A DNA stretch of 40,227 bases from Sphaeroforma arctica JP610 (lineage: Eukaryota). The position numbers and the translations under genes were made by a program. Location: assembly GCF_001186125.1 (NCBI RefSeq), contig NW_014039737.1:1-40227 (forward strand), in the 5' to 3' direction. Shown here in pieces: positions 12,001-26,251 of the stretch. The stretch's first letter is position 1. Each line of letters begins with the position of its first letter. A model generated the notes under the pieces. It saw nothing but the letters and a program-made list of their open reading frames with translations, searched no databases and was not told the DNA's origin.

Positions 12001-13324
12001 TGTGCATTAGATGTGTGGTCACGTAAGTTTTTGAATGATGTCACAAGCTGCTACGAATACTATGCAATAAAGAATGCTTATCCAGGATCTGAAGTGTAGT
12101 TATGTTTAATGATTTACTCAACTGAAACCTGTACAAATGCATACGAAACAACATCTACTGCCTCTCACGCGCATGACTGTAGCATACCGGACTTATCCCG
12201 AGATGAATAAATCAAAGCCAACGTCATTGACAAAATTGGACGCTGAAGCCGATATATATGGCACTATACTTTTGATTTTTTTTTCTAAGTCCTATGCATT
12301 TGCTCAGGGAACTGATATTGTCACGTTCATGCCAACATGCCGGTAGCAATTGAACCTAAATTTCAATACCTATCAATTCAAACTACAGCAGCGATTATAC
12401 TTTGAAATCAGAGTTTTTATATGTCATATACATACTCTAGCTCACGTTGTTTTTGTATTTTGATAAGATACGAGTTTAACATACCTGAAAGTGTATATTT
12501 ATTTATATATGTGCATATTTGTCTCTGTGAGAGCCGCTTGTGTGAAACTTGTGCTTTCTGTCAGTAGGCCATTAGTTGCAAAGTATATTTACATTTACCT
12601 ACAGCTGTACATTTTAGCTGTGTCCCTGATGAAATAATGTTAGATAACTTCTGGACCTGGGTCATTCCCAAATAGTGTACGACCAGTAAGTAGTCGAGAC
12701 GGTTCTCTAAAAGCAATCGGAAGTGTTCAAAGATAGGGGGCAGAAGTACTTGTCATACAATGAGTACGTACGAGAAGTACATAGTATTTATATATACAAC
12801 AACAATTGCAACGTGTATATTCGACACGGAATAAGTCGTAACTTTAGTAAATATTCTATAGGTCTCTTGCGTGTTGGTACCTTTATTATTAGTATTTTTT
12901 TTATATGAATAAAAATATATCAATACACACATACGTTAATGTTGTACGCGTACGTATTTACTTTTACTATCTGTGTACTAAAAGCAACAATATAAAGTCA
13001 TCAATTTCACAAGCGAATCCTATAATGTGTAATCGTGTCATACATTGAACTAAGGAGGGGGAGCATCAGTGAACCATACGAATAGTGCATTGTACGTACC
13101 GTACGGCGTCGGAACGTACTGTAAAGCTACAAGGAGTGGCCAGTGTGGCGGCAATGTGGGTGCCCCCAGTTTGCGGTTTATAGGCTGGACTCACTGGATT
13201 ACTTTAGTCCTTACAATCTAGCTTGTAAATTCAGAGGAAGTGCATACATTCAGCAATCTCGTATCAGCCCTCGTAAGCAGGTACACCTGCATACGCTAAC
13301 GTATAACAGGTACTACTCTACATC

Positions 13325-13451
13325 ATGGGATCCTATGGTGATAGTGACGAAGATGACTATCAGAGCAACTTGTTGCGCATGGCAGCGGAGGATGCCGAGG
13401 CGGACTTGTCGGACTATAGTATTGGCTCGTTGATGGATGGGAGTGTAGACG
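13325..13451 (+). CDS. SNAPC4: SNAPC4 coding exon 1 (acidic N-terminus MGSYGDSDEDDY...)
   Basis: ATG in ATCATGG context, donor GTATGC at 13452, phase 1 matches exon 2. An upstream GCTAAC branch point and CAG at 13307-13309 suggest a further 5' intron. Confidence 0.6.
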
Positions 13452-16400
13452 GTATGCGATGTACATTACATACGTGTGCTAACATCGTTTGTACTTCATT
13501 CAAAGTTGTGCATGAACCCGCGTGTGATTCTCCGTGCATCGTTTGCTACAACAAGTACTGTATGCCATATATTTTCTATATATTTTACACTACGGGTGTG
13601 GACTGTATTCCTATATATGGTTTATTACAGACGTGGATTCTTCTAATTCTTTTGTTGAATTCCGAGTTCTTGTTGACGACGACACTGTGTATAGAGTGGC
13701 TGTGTTGTTAGTTATTGTTGACTAAATGTGCGCAAGAAACGAAATGCGCCGCTACGCACGAGTTCGATATGTGCGCGAGGGTATGTGAGCTCACCTATTC
13801 AACTGTTTGTTTCAGCATCTCGTGGTTTGTCTATTCTGCTACCATCGCTCTTTCTCTTATAGACCTACTTTCATTCTTGCATGTGCGTTACACATCAATT
13901 GCGTTTGGACTGTTCGAGGCGACGACTGTTGTAGTCGTGCCTGCAGTATTACCTGATTCCTGCTATAAAAAAAATACTTCAATGTCTACTGCATGTCATG
14001 AGTATATGATTTGCTGGCATATTTAGCAATACGTAGGGCTCTAATGCGCGCTATTTACCGACTAAAGGACGTATTTCAAGGTCGTTGTGCTCGTTGTTGG
14101 TATGAACTGTGATCATAATACACTCATCACCTCGGGCCTAGTCTTATGCCCTACACTACTACCCATATCTCTGTGTCCGTGCGTGTGTGGCGCTTTTTTT
14201 ATACATGGTTTGTTCATGCGTAGAATGTATATCTGCATGTATGTCAGTAGGCCAACGTGGGCACCTTTATTACTTCAAAGGCGCCGTAAAGCGCGTCGCA
14301 CCTGTAGGTTGCTTTTCGGGCTCAAAGACACTCAGTGTAAATATGAGATGTACAAATTGAATTATATAGCGGAGGTGTTTGACTACTCCTGTCGCAGCTT
14401 CACTCACTTTGTAGCATCACATACACACGCAGGGTGTCCTATTCCGATCCGTGAGTACTAGTAGATGCGTACGCAGTTGAATTTGCACAGTGCTCGCATA
14501 AGGCAGTTATCTAGACATGCCTCGAAGACACGTTGGAATTCACGCAGAATGATGTTCACGATGTATATCTGATCGGTTATTGTTTATATGTGTGCTTATG
14601 CACTTAAATAGTAATTTTTTCTAAACGAAGTTATCTATCTTTGAATTGTATGCCGATATAAAGTGTTATATCAAGATGCATGAGTGCAATATTCTTGTAG
14701 AAAACCGCAATTGTGGTACGCATAGCGCACTGTGCTACAAAATACATCAGGGGCACTCCTAGCAATACATATGTAGATGTTAAACGCTTAAAATTATGTC
14801 TGACATTGAATTTGGCATTTGAACATCAACAACTCTTAGCCGATGTGCCAGACGGTAGTGTGAGAGAAGAGCCCTCGGGGCAACTACTGACAGTCAACAG
14901 TGATGGAGAGATAGTCATGGTCGATGATGGCAACGAAGAGGATGCAGATACAACCGTAACTAAGCAACCAGGCATCCCCGCCGCTACCAGCCTTCGTGAC
15001 CCAGATACTCAACACACAAAAGACCTGAGTCCTTTAGTCAGTGGTGCTATTCAAGGCAGTGTCAGTAAGGATATACTCGGTAGTCGAGCGGATATACCAC
15101 TTAGCAGAAGTCAGGTTGCGGATACAAGTACGAGTGGCATAGAGGACGGTGGTAGTAGTACACAAACTGCGTTACCGGTTATATCAGGCTTAGCCGGTGT
15201 ACAGCGGGTGAATGATGGCGTACCCGGGACTATGAGTGCAGTCTATTCGATGTCGTTGTCAGATGATGAAGATGCCGAGCATCTTAGATCTCTGCGAGAG
15301 GCACAACAGGAGCTCCTCTCTGATTCTGACGGTTTGAACGGTATGTAGAGTTGAATCAGTTCGTTTATGTGTACGCATACTTTCCTCGTGTAAAGGTCTG
15401 GCGTGTGTGTAAACAAATGCCTGTGTCTTTGTGTATTGCGCTCACGCTACAATGCTGAAGGTATCTGGTACGCCATTGGGATTTTCCTGTCAAGAATTGA
15501 TAACACGACACTCTGTCCAGATAAGACCTTATAGTGCTATTCCTATTACGGTGTTACATGACATATGACATTAGCATGTATAGTAGTGTGTGCTCTAGAT
15601 CATGTGTGTGCAGCACACAACTTTATTGAGAAACTATGTATGTGCATAGCTTTATTCATACCAAGCCTCCACCTCCACTCACTATATGTACTTGTACAAT
15701 ATTTACATATACTATATTTACATGTTCATGCTTTTATAAACGTATGCATATACACATTTCCGTTGCGTCAATTAATGCTCCATTATCCTATGCTGAACGA
15801 ATATGCCTTCTAAATACAAATATGTCTACTGCCAGAGGTATGGCTTTCTGCGATAGCTGTCTATCGTTTGATATTTCTAGCTGTGTATATTTCTGCTTAT
15901 TAGAAGTCTACACGGGGATGAACATTTAAATAGACTTGAAGATTGTCGTCCTGCATAGCAGTAAATCCACAGATGGATAAGTGGTAAAAACATATACACA
16001 CCGAGAAAAAAAATACACTTGCGCGTAAAATCTTCCCATGTCACATGCTTCAAATATTAGTAACGTGTTCTACGGTCCACGCCTATGTATGAAGTGGCTT
16101 GGCTGGGCGTATCTCAAAGCATGTTCGCGTTCGTGTTGTTTGCATTGCTAGTAGCCGACGGTTTCCAAGGTCAATCCAAGACACCGGTATGCACGACACG
16201 TTTGATATACACAAGCTATCCGCAGCGTACGGAAGTGTGCGAATGGTTTGTGCGCCATTTGATCTTCAGGCTTAGTAACTATCACAATTGGCGGCGCAGG
16301 TCAACAGTTGCTTGGCATATTTACCAACAATCCGCAATGAACCCAAGTGTGTAATTAGCTCATGCGTTACTATCTTCACCCACTCCAGCAGACGAGTCAG

Positions 16401-19400
16401 TACAGGCGCCACATGCCTCGCCCACTTTGACACAGACCGGCAATGCGTTTATGCCAGGCACGGAGGATGATGAGGAGGAACGCGAGATGGACGCCCTACA
16501 ACAGGCCGCGCAATTGGAGAAGCTGACGCAGGCACAGGCGGAGGTCTATGCGGAGGGCGAGGGGGTGGAGGACCACGATTGGAGTGGGCTGTACGGGATA
16601 GGGGACATTGACAGTGGCGATGAGAATGCAGGTGTGGGTAGGGCTAGCAGAAATATGGGGAGTAGTATCGGACGCAGCCACATAGGTAGGAATGTTATGG
16701 GGAGTGAGAGGGGAAGCGTAGGGTTGGGTGGAGATATGAGGGATACTGAGGTGGTGGCCAGTGTGAATCAACGGTTCAAGGGTATCGGGCGTGAGCGCAG
16801 CAATGTTGTAGATCGTCTTGGAGGTGCAGGAAGTAGTACAGCACAGGGAAGGCATGGACAATTACAGCTACATCCCGGGTCACAAGCGGATGCGGTTGTG
16901 CCATTAAAGGTAAAGACTAGGGCTGGGTCCCTTACACACGCCACTCCTACAGAGGTGGGCGCGGGAGAGAAGCCACAGCAGAACACACTTCCGACACAGA
17001 TAGACACACAAAGTATTAGAGTACCACACGCACAAACGCGGACACAGATACCCACACAGACTAAGAAGAAAACACCGACACAGAAGCAGGCACAGTCTAG
17101 CTCAGGCCCGCACATGACCTTCCTCGATCGGATGCTCTCCAGAAAACGCTCTCGGCCAAAATCGCGTATGAAAGTAGCTATGCCTACCTCCACACTGAAA
17201 CCTGCACCAATAACCACTGGATCTACGTCTGGAGTCACAATATCCACAGAACAATCCACAACAGCGCTACCAGATTCACAGACTGAGAAGGGGAAAGGTG
17301 TGGTACTTTCTGCAGGGTCTATTGGGGGTGCCGGTCCGAATACAGGAGTAGAGAATGCAGGGATGAGCACAAGAAGTGCTTATACAAATACACAAAGCAC
17401 TAAATTGTCCGGGGCAGCGCCAGTACTCGCGACTGCGGGTGCGGATGTGAGTGCAGAACTACCCTCTCTAAGAATTTTTCCGGGAAGTAACTCCGGAGTC
17501 AGGGGGGTGGGTATAGGGACAACCACGCACATAGATACATCCGAAGCGAATTCCATCCCTTTTTCTATGAGCGCCCAGCCGCTGTCCAGTGGCAATAGGA
17601 CAGTAGCAGGGGCTGGTACAGGCAGTGAGAGCGCGGGAACTCAGGTGGCATACGGCATGGGTGGAGGCCTATCGTCACTTGTGAGTACAGACGATGTTAG
17701 TTCGTGTACGCGTACACTCGCACGAACACACTCACCGCCACTGGCAGAGCCACACTCGTATGCCCAAACCGAGCAGTATCCACATGCGAGTGCGCAATAT
17801 GCATACGGGGAAGGACTTGACTTTAACAACGCGGAACATACAGCCGAGATACGGCGTCGGGCGTTTGCAGTGGATATAACCTCTCTCATCCACACCACCA
17901 CCATGGCCAGTGTGAACGAGGCTCTCTCCGTAAATGTACGCCTGCAGACCCAGTTAAAAAACCAGCTCGCACGCATACGCTCGCGCATGGCCCACATCCA
18001 GCGCTGCTACACACAGGTAGAGCCTCTCAGACGAAGATTTGATATGCACAACAGCGGAAAGCGTGCTGAAGTGGTTTTCGATGGCGAACACGACCCCACT
18101 CCCGTTGATGGCTCGTGGTTCTGTGACGCACCGACACCTGATGAAAGCATGCCACGCGGCCCACCCAGCAATGTAGTATGTCTCAGTTTGTCACGTAACT
18201 TGTTAGGGAATTACGTGTCTGTTCGCTGTGTTATGTCTCTGTTTGTCACTTGAGATTTGTTAAGGCATTGCATGTTTGTCGCAAGGCAGTAAGTCTCTGT
18301 CTGTCATTTCTGACTTGTTAAGCCATTGTGTGTTCGTTACAGTGTGGAATGTCTCTGTTAGTAACTTCTGGGTGTGAGTGTTTACTTCATGTGCGTCTTC
18401 AGTAAGCTCGTGCATCTGTACGCGGACATTTCTGATGTGTACAAACCCAGGTGCAACCTTTGGCGTCTCAGTACGTTTGTGGAGTGTATTTGATCTATAA
18501 GTTTGTGGTGTTCCTGGTGCATGTGTTTGTGGTTTGTGCATAATGTATGTGTTTGTGGTGCGTATGTCTGAAGTAGGTGTTTGTACTGTGTATTTCATAT
18601 GTGTATGTCTGATGTATGTGTTTGTGGTGATGTGTCTGATGCATGTGTTTGCGCCGTGTGTGTTTGATATATGTGATTGTGTAGTGTGTACCAGATGCAT
18701 AAGCGTTGTCCACTTGCATGGGGATAATAGCAGAGCCGTCAGTTGTTTTTTTTGGAGCCTGCGCCTTCCTCTCAAATGTATACAAGCTCTGAACTCTAAG
18801 AGCAATTCTCGTGTATATGTGTACTTTGAAAATTCAATGCTCTGTACCTGTGATGGCAAGGTTCGTTGCAGGCTGAGCCGTGAATATAGTTTTGAACAGT
18901 ATTGTTACAAATAACGTATGCTCTGAATACGATGTCATCGCGTTATCTTACTTACTCAAATCATGTGGCTCAATTCAAGTCATGAAATGCAGAACTCACG
19001 AGAGTGAAATCTGTTCGCAAACTCACATAGTTTGTCTATGTGAGGAGCTTTTAATTCAAAGAGCTATGTGCAGAAGGCAGTTAGTGCTCCTACAGTATAG
19101 TGCATGGCGCGATGACCACTGCCGGTAGCCATCAATGCTCTGAAAGCTCATTATGCGTCGTATATCGATACGTGCGCAAGCACACGTGTATTTGATATGC
19201 CAGATACCTATATTGTATATATGTATACATGGTCTATGATAATAAATGCTGGATGCCTTGTATTTCAATCTCTTTTTTGGGCGCATGAGCCTTTGTTTGG
19301 GGAGCTACTTTCATTGTATCCACAACAACGCGAGTGTAGCAACCATTCATACATTGGAAGGTATTGACAAAGTTCTGGTCATGTAGTAATCTTCATCGGT

Positions 19401-22400
19401 ACGAAATAGACTGCGTTTGTAAATAGTCTTAGCTTCGGCTGAGACAATGAAACAGGGCAACATAATCCCGGGTCTATGAGATGTATAGCACTTGCAGCTG
19501 CACCTGAATAGTTTTGTTGTCCGTAGTTGCTGCTCCAACTTTCATAGGCTCGTAAAATGCCGCTGTGTTGATGCGACGTATTGTATAGACCGCGTTCGAT
19601 CTTGTACACATAGTTCAAATCTTGTTGCGCATACTGCCAGAGTTCTGTGGCATTGTAGTTAGATCTACTGGCTGTCGAATACTTGCGCGATCACTTTCGG
19701 ATTGTATTGTAGTTTCCCTAGATATTTCTAGGTGCTTTCAGCATTGGTTTATTGCTTTGTAACGAGCGTATTTGTGTTGTATGGTTAAATGATTCGAAAG
19801 TATATACCTAGACCTATGTATATGGATACTCGCATACATTTTTTCTCAGTGGAGATATAGAGAGATGGTCTGCTGACTCTAGCAGTATTTACGAACACTC
19901 TGTATACTACCTTCAGTTCGAAAAGCCAATGATTAACACAGTTTGATAGATTTTTTTTTTACAAGTTACGCATCATTTTATCTATATATGCAAGCCACGC
20001 ATGCCTATATAATCGTTCGCTACACTTTATATATGCTCAAGCTTTTCCCTCCATATTTTGTTATTATTGCTGACATGGTGGGCAACGTTCACAATAATGC
20101 ACAACACTCACACATTTTATCCTTGCCCACGTTGTGCAGGACGCTTTGTCTCTGCAAAGCAACCCACCCAAGTACTTAGCCGAACCCCGATTCAACAAAT
20201 GGACTCCGAAAGAGATGGAGGCGCTGCGCAACTCCATCAGACACTACCACAAACACACCGTGTCAGATGTGCTCGTAAGGGGTAAGCGTACTTAGCATCT
20301 GTAGCATCTGTACCCATAATATTCCTTGCTTCTGGTGTACATGTGGTCGACGCGTATAACATATTTTTTCCAGTGTGCATTTTAAGGGTATGGGTGCGAT
20401 CTGCCCGTGTTTGGGTGAGAAAGTGTACGCCCTGTGTGGTGTTCACCAGTGTGAGCGTGTAGCACACTACAGCGGGTGTTGTCTGTGCTGTGGATAATTT
20501 CGGGGCTTGTTTGTTCACAAAGTCGATGGATAGGCCTCGATAAGGATGTGGAACGTACTCTATTGTCGCTCGGCTCTTGTGAGTGTGTATGTGTGAATTC
20601 GTACATGCAGCAACCTGTGTGCTAGGCAGAGATGGCGTGTATGTTCTCATATACCGTTGATAGGCACTAGGTTTTCAGCTACGAGAGTCAATTATGCTGT
20701 GTCTTCGATTATGGTGGTGTGTTGATAACTTGTGTTGTTCTATTGCCATGGTTGTTTGGTGGAACTTATTTGTGTAACTGCACGCACACAATCCCACTCA
20801 AGCCTCGACAATACGTTGCACAGCGATGATTATCAAGACGCTGCTTGATAGCCCGATAATTTGCACTAATACGCGTATCGGAATACGCACACACACTCTG
20901 CCTCGCAGAGGCAACTGCACGAGCTTTAACGCACACAGACGTATATACGTGCACACATGACCGCACAAGACCACATGTATCACAGAGATACTACTGTGGA
21001 CCGATAGCGTTGCGCACAACTGTTATCAATACTCTACGATTTATTCAATGGAAATGCTGCATCCACGAGTTTGACGTTGAAGTCCGACTGTATTCTGACG
21101 TGATAATGCAATTGCTATACACAGAGGCTGGTCGGTTGCGACAGAAAGCAAAAAGCTCTGAGGGTCTGACAGAAGCGGAAGAATTGACGAACAAGGTTGT
21201 ATTCCCTATCACACGCACTGCGTAATTCCCAATTTAGAAATTACGATGAATTTTATGTCCGTTTCTGCTCCGTTTCTGCTCCGTGGGTTGTATGATGTAT
21301 GCATTAAGTATGTCGGATATTATTCTATCTATCGCGGATTTGTCGGGCAACTTTACTTTCATACATGAAAACACCGAGCTATGCACCAGACTTTATTGTA
21401 TAATTATATGTGAAAGATCTACTATGAAAGTCGTAGGGTATGCACTCGACGACTACAAATTCCACTCGTAGCCATGGAGTTTAAAATATATGTGCTGTGT
21501 TTATTATAAGACAGTAGGTTGTGGTGCGTCAACACATCGATCCATCTTGTATGTACTGAGAAATATTAGTTGCAATATTTGTATGATAATTTATCATTCT
21601 GTGCACTGGTTTACTTTCAAAGTCGATCTGCGTGTCTTTGACAGAACCAATAAAAAAAACTGTGGTAATTGTAAGCACGCAGCGTACAAAATGTGAGTAG
21701 ATGAGTATACACAGATAATTGTCCATGTTCTGAGATCAGGGCTTATAAATGAATTCATGCATAATTTAAAACGTATTGGCTCGCCGATGAACCTCGACTC
21801 AGATGGTGAACAGCAAACTAAAGATACTACGCGATATGAGTGCCACTGAGCTGGAGAGCATCGACCCTAGTGACGTAGATTGGCACGCTGTGTTTGCGCA
21901 GACGGTATGTGCTATTGGTCCACGCTACACCTCACGAACGGATCATATATCCACGTACNNNNNNNNNNNNNNNNNNNNTGTATGTCTGTATGTCTGTGTC
22001 TGTGCCTGTGTATGTGTGTGAGTGTGTATGTGTATGTGTGTGTGTATATGTATGTGTATGTGTCTGTGTCCGTGTCTGTGTATGTGTATGTGTATATGTT
22101 TGTGTATGTGTCTGTGTCCGTGACTGTGTATGTGTCTGTGTGGTATGATTTGAATATATGAGCACTGTGGCAAAGTCTGCTCTATCGCTAGTATCGTATT
22201 GAACCTCATTCTATCCCTTTCTGGGTTTAAATTATGTGTATGTGTATGTGTATGCGTCTGTGTCTGTGTCTGTGTCTGTGTCTGTGTCTGTGTCTGTGTC
22301 TGTGCATGTGTGTGTGTGTTTGTTTGTGTGTGTGTAGTATAATTTGGATATATGAGCACTGTGGCAAAGTCTGCTCTATCGCTAGTATCTTATTGAATCT

Positions 22401-23275
22401 TATTCTATCGCATTGTGGGTTCAAATATATATTTCTGAGATGCGAGTCTAAATTTAAATTCTGAATATATATACATAGCCCGAACTCCACAGTCGGCAAA
22501 GTGTAGGATCGGTTCAGCTGATGTGGACTAACCACTTGCGACCAAAGATCAACACCAGTCCATTCACCGCCGCAGAGGACAATGCGCTGCTCTCCGTTAA
22601 TCTCAAGGTGAATATATACATGTACTGACCACCATCTCATCTATTTGTATCATGGCGAATATCACCACCATACCGTTCATCACCGTTGTGTTGTGTATTA
22701 CCAGTATGTCGTTAGTTCGACATTGTCATGTCTTGCCATCGCGCCGTCCAGCGCCACCGCTTCGTACATTACTATTGTGTCGTTTTTTGCCACCATGCCG
22801 TTTATTGCTCTTCACTTAATACCGCCGTAGCGCTTTCACCCCAATGTCATTATATTGTTTACTACCACCCTGTCGTTCTTTACTGCCGTATTGTTGGTTA
22901 TATAGTGAGAGACTGGCGTCTCATATTTCCTATTCCAAATCAATACGTACAGCTCAAAGAAAACAATCAGCGGCCGGATTGGACTGCGATCGCTTTGCAA
23001 TTGAACACCAACCGCACCGCGTTGGCCTGCTTTCAGCGGTAAGTATATGAGTGTCTAACTCGTTTCACGTTGGAGTGTCCAAATCGCAAACATGTGTATA
23101 TTACATCAATACCACCACATGGTACGTATACCTATATACATATATCACGCCGGAAGTATGACATTCAAACAGTGGGAAAAGGGAATCCAACAAGTTTTAT
23201 GTACACATTTATGTGAGTGTTAGCAGTTAGCAAGTACGCACGTTAATATATGAGCATGCATACATAGGTGCATGC

Positions 23276-23311
<36 letters not shown>

Positions 23312-24891
23312 ATTGTGAACTGCAGGTATCAGCGCAGTATCAACCCATCGCTTATCCGTAGCCGTTGGACCAAAGAGGAGGACGCACGCCTCAAAGAGCT
23401 CATGCGCCTGCACGAGCACGACGACAACAAATGGTCTGAGGTGGCTATGGGCATGGAGGGTAGAACTAATCAACAGGTAAGTGTTTCATCTATATATAGA
23501 ATGTGTTTATACATACGTGTATACTCGTGTATGGCGAGATGAACAATTTTTCGCAGCCATGTCAGATGGTGGATTATATAGATACTGGCCGGGAGGGCTT
23601 CTAAGATTCACGAGTAACCACGATTAATAGTTTGAGGTGGCGATGCACGTGGATGGTACAAATATCTTACATGCCTATATGCATACTCGAATATTGAAAT
23701 GCGCATATGCTTGTATAAACCTTCATATATAACTGCATAGGATTTCATGTGCATTTATGCAGTTTGCGGTGGAGTATTCTTACCTTCGTGTCGTGCGTTT
23801 ATACTACCAGATTCTCTCTTTCGAGTAGCAACCTGCAGCTGATTTTAGCCGCTAATGGGCAAACGCAGTAATTTAATTTGTAAAATGTACGGATGTACAT
23901 ACTCGCATAAAATTATATACATACACCTGTTGAAGTATAAAGTAGTCATACATGTGTAAAATAGTCTGCAACATGGAAATTCGGGTTCTGAGATTCCTTT
24001 ATTATTACATAGCATGTATAACTCCAGGTCAACTTACGCCGAGGGAGGTATGTCAGGATCGTATTGTCCAATCAAGCGTATCCATATCCACGTTTACACT
24101 AATACACTCCTAGATAATAACCCATATTTATACTTGTTCATGTTAAGGTCATGAATCGCTGGGAGAAGTCGCTGAAACCAGGGCAGAGTAAAGGTAGATG
24201 GAAAGCTGCAGAGACCGAGGCTCTGCGTAAGGCCGTGGAGCACTTCGGTGTGGGCGATTGGAAGAATATACGCACTATGGTCCCTGGTATGCGTGTTCGT
24301 CTCGTCTTATGTATATATTTTGCTACATTTATACATAATATAAATATATGTACTAAAAAGTATATTTATATATTNNNNNNNNNNNNNNNNNNNNNNNNNN
24401 NNNNNNNNNNNNNNNNNNNNNNNNNNNNNNNNNNNNNNNNNNNNNNNNNNNNNNNNNNNNNNNNNNNNNNNNNNNNNNNNNNNNNNNNNNNNNNNNNNNN
24501 NNNNNNNNNNNNNNNNNNNNNNNNNNNNNNNNNNNNNNNNNNNNNNNNNNNNNNNNNNNNNNNNNNNNNNNNNNNNNNNNNNNNNNNNNNNNNNNNNNNN
24601 NNNNNNNNNNNNNNNNNNNNNNNNNNNNNNNNNNNNNNNNNNNNNNNNNNNNNNNNNNNNNNNNNNNNNNNNNNNNNNNNNNNNNNNNNNNNNNNNNNNN
24701 NNNNNNNNNNNNNNNNNNNNNNNNNNNNNNNNNNNNNNNNNNNNNNNNNNNNNNNNNNNNNNNNNNNNNNNNNNNNNNNNNNNNNNNNNNNNNNNNNNNN
24801 NNNNNNNNNNNNNNNNNNNNNNNNNNNNNNNNNNNNNNNNNNNNNNNNNNTATATATATATATATATATATTATTATATATATATATATAT

Positions 24892-24948
<57 letters not shown>

Positions 24949-26198
24949 CTGTATATATATATTTATCTGTCTATCTATCTATATATATATATATATTATG
25001 TGTGCAATTGTTTTTGTTGTATATATTTTCCATTTTCTTTCATATGGGGATATGTGTGTGTTTCTGCTGCGGGTGATTGAGCTGATGTGTTGTGTTCTCT
25101 AAGGCTGCCGGCGTGTTCGATGTATAGTGTTTGGAGTGCCCAGTACAACTATGAACACGCAACAAAACAGAAAAGATTTTGCCGAATCAGATACGTACGA
25201 GACGGTACACACGTATATATATTGTAAAATCATGTATGTCGTAGGTATGAACACTGCGCTTCGATACGATTATATCTACTTGTCATTCGGACCGTCAGTA
25301 CAGAAAACTTTACTACAATATTCTTAATCCAACTGTCATTTAGCTTGACTTATTTTAAAGATGAAAACCAAGCATTGTTGTACTTAAATGGTTACCTAAA
25401 CAAACACCAATGCGTACACATATGTCTGCATATACAGTAGCATGTATAAGCACTAGTTTCTGGTACGTGCACACCATCAGGCCAAACGAACATGCAGTGG
25501 TGGAAAACTACCTTGATAATTTAAGCCATATCTGTCCACTTTGGTTCACAACAACTATGAAAGTAAGAAAGCTCAAATTTGTACTCTGATATATCTATGT
25601 TTTTAATCTCAACTCCCCAAAATCTATACACACAGGACGGTCGGATGCACAGTGCAGGGAACACTACTACAACATTCTCGACCCAAACCTTCCCAGTCTG
25701 CGTGTGGACTGGATTGAGGAGGATGATCTTATTCTGCAAGCACTTATCAATGACCTGCGCACACCCGATTTGGTGCCCTGGTCGCAGATTGCCCCACGAC
25801 TTGGCGAGCTCAGGTATCTACACGCATCCACGTTGATGTACATATACACTGTGTTGGTACTTCTTGTAAATAGTTGAAGATTCTAATTTGATTGGGCTTT
25901 AGTTACAGTCTGAATGAGAATCAATATTTTGGTCTCATATACATGACCTCCTTTATTTCTACCGCAGTGGACAACCGAGAACAGACAAACAATGCATGTC
26001 GCGATGGATGACGCTGGGTTCGGAGGAGGCTTTAGAGTATCGCAAGATGCGTAAAAAGCAAAAGGTATGTTTTGAGTAAATATCTCCTTTGCTCGTAGAT
26101 ATATATATCATACACACACACGCGAATATATATATATACGTGTGTATGTAATTAACATCCTTCGTCTAGACACATGTGAAATAAATACAAATGCATAC

Positions 26199-26251
<53 letters not shown>

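Noticed and set aside
12085..12108. GATC..AAGTGTAGT resembling the U2 branch-site recognition region
   Set aside because: No U2 5' stem or downstream homology, so probably a chance match.
11535..12720. Possible minus-strand exons (ORF 11535-11867; segment ~12598-12706 ending in a GTAAAT donor)
   Set aside because: No domain similarity, and they could not be joined into a coherent gene.
16496..17997. Antisense ORFs over SNAPC4 exon 3 (also 29522-31601 over exon 15)
   Set aside because: Shadow frames of a GC-richer coding exon with no recognisable domains.
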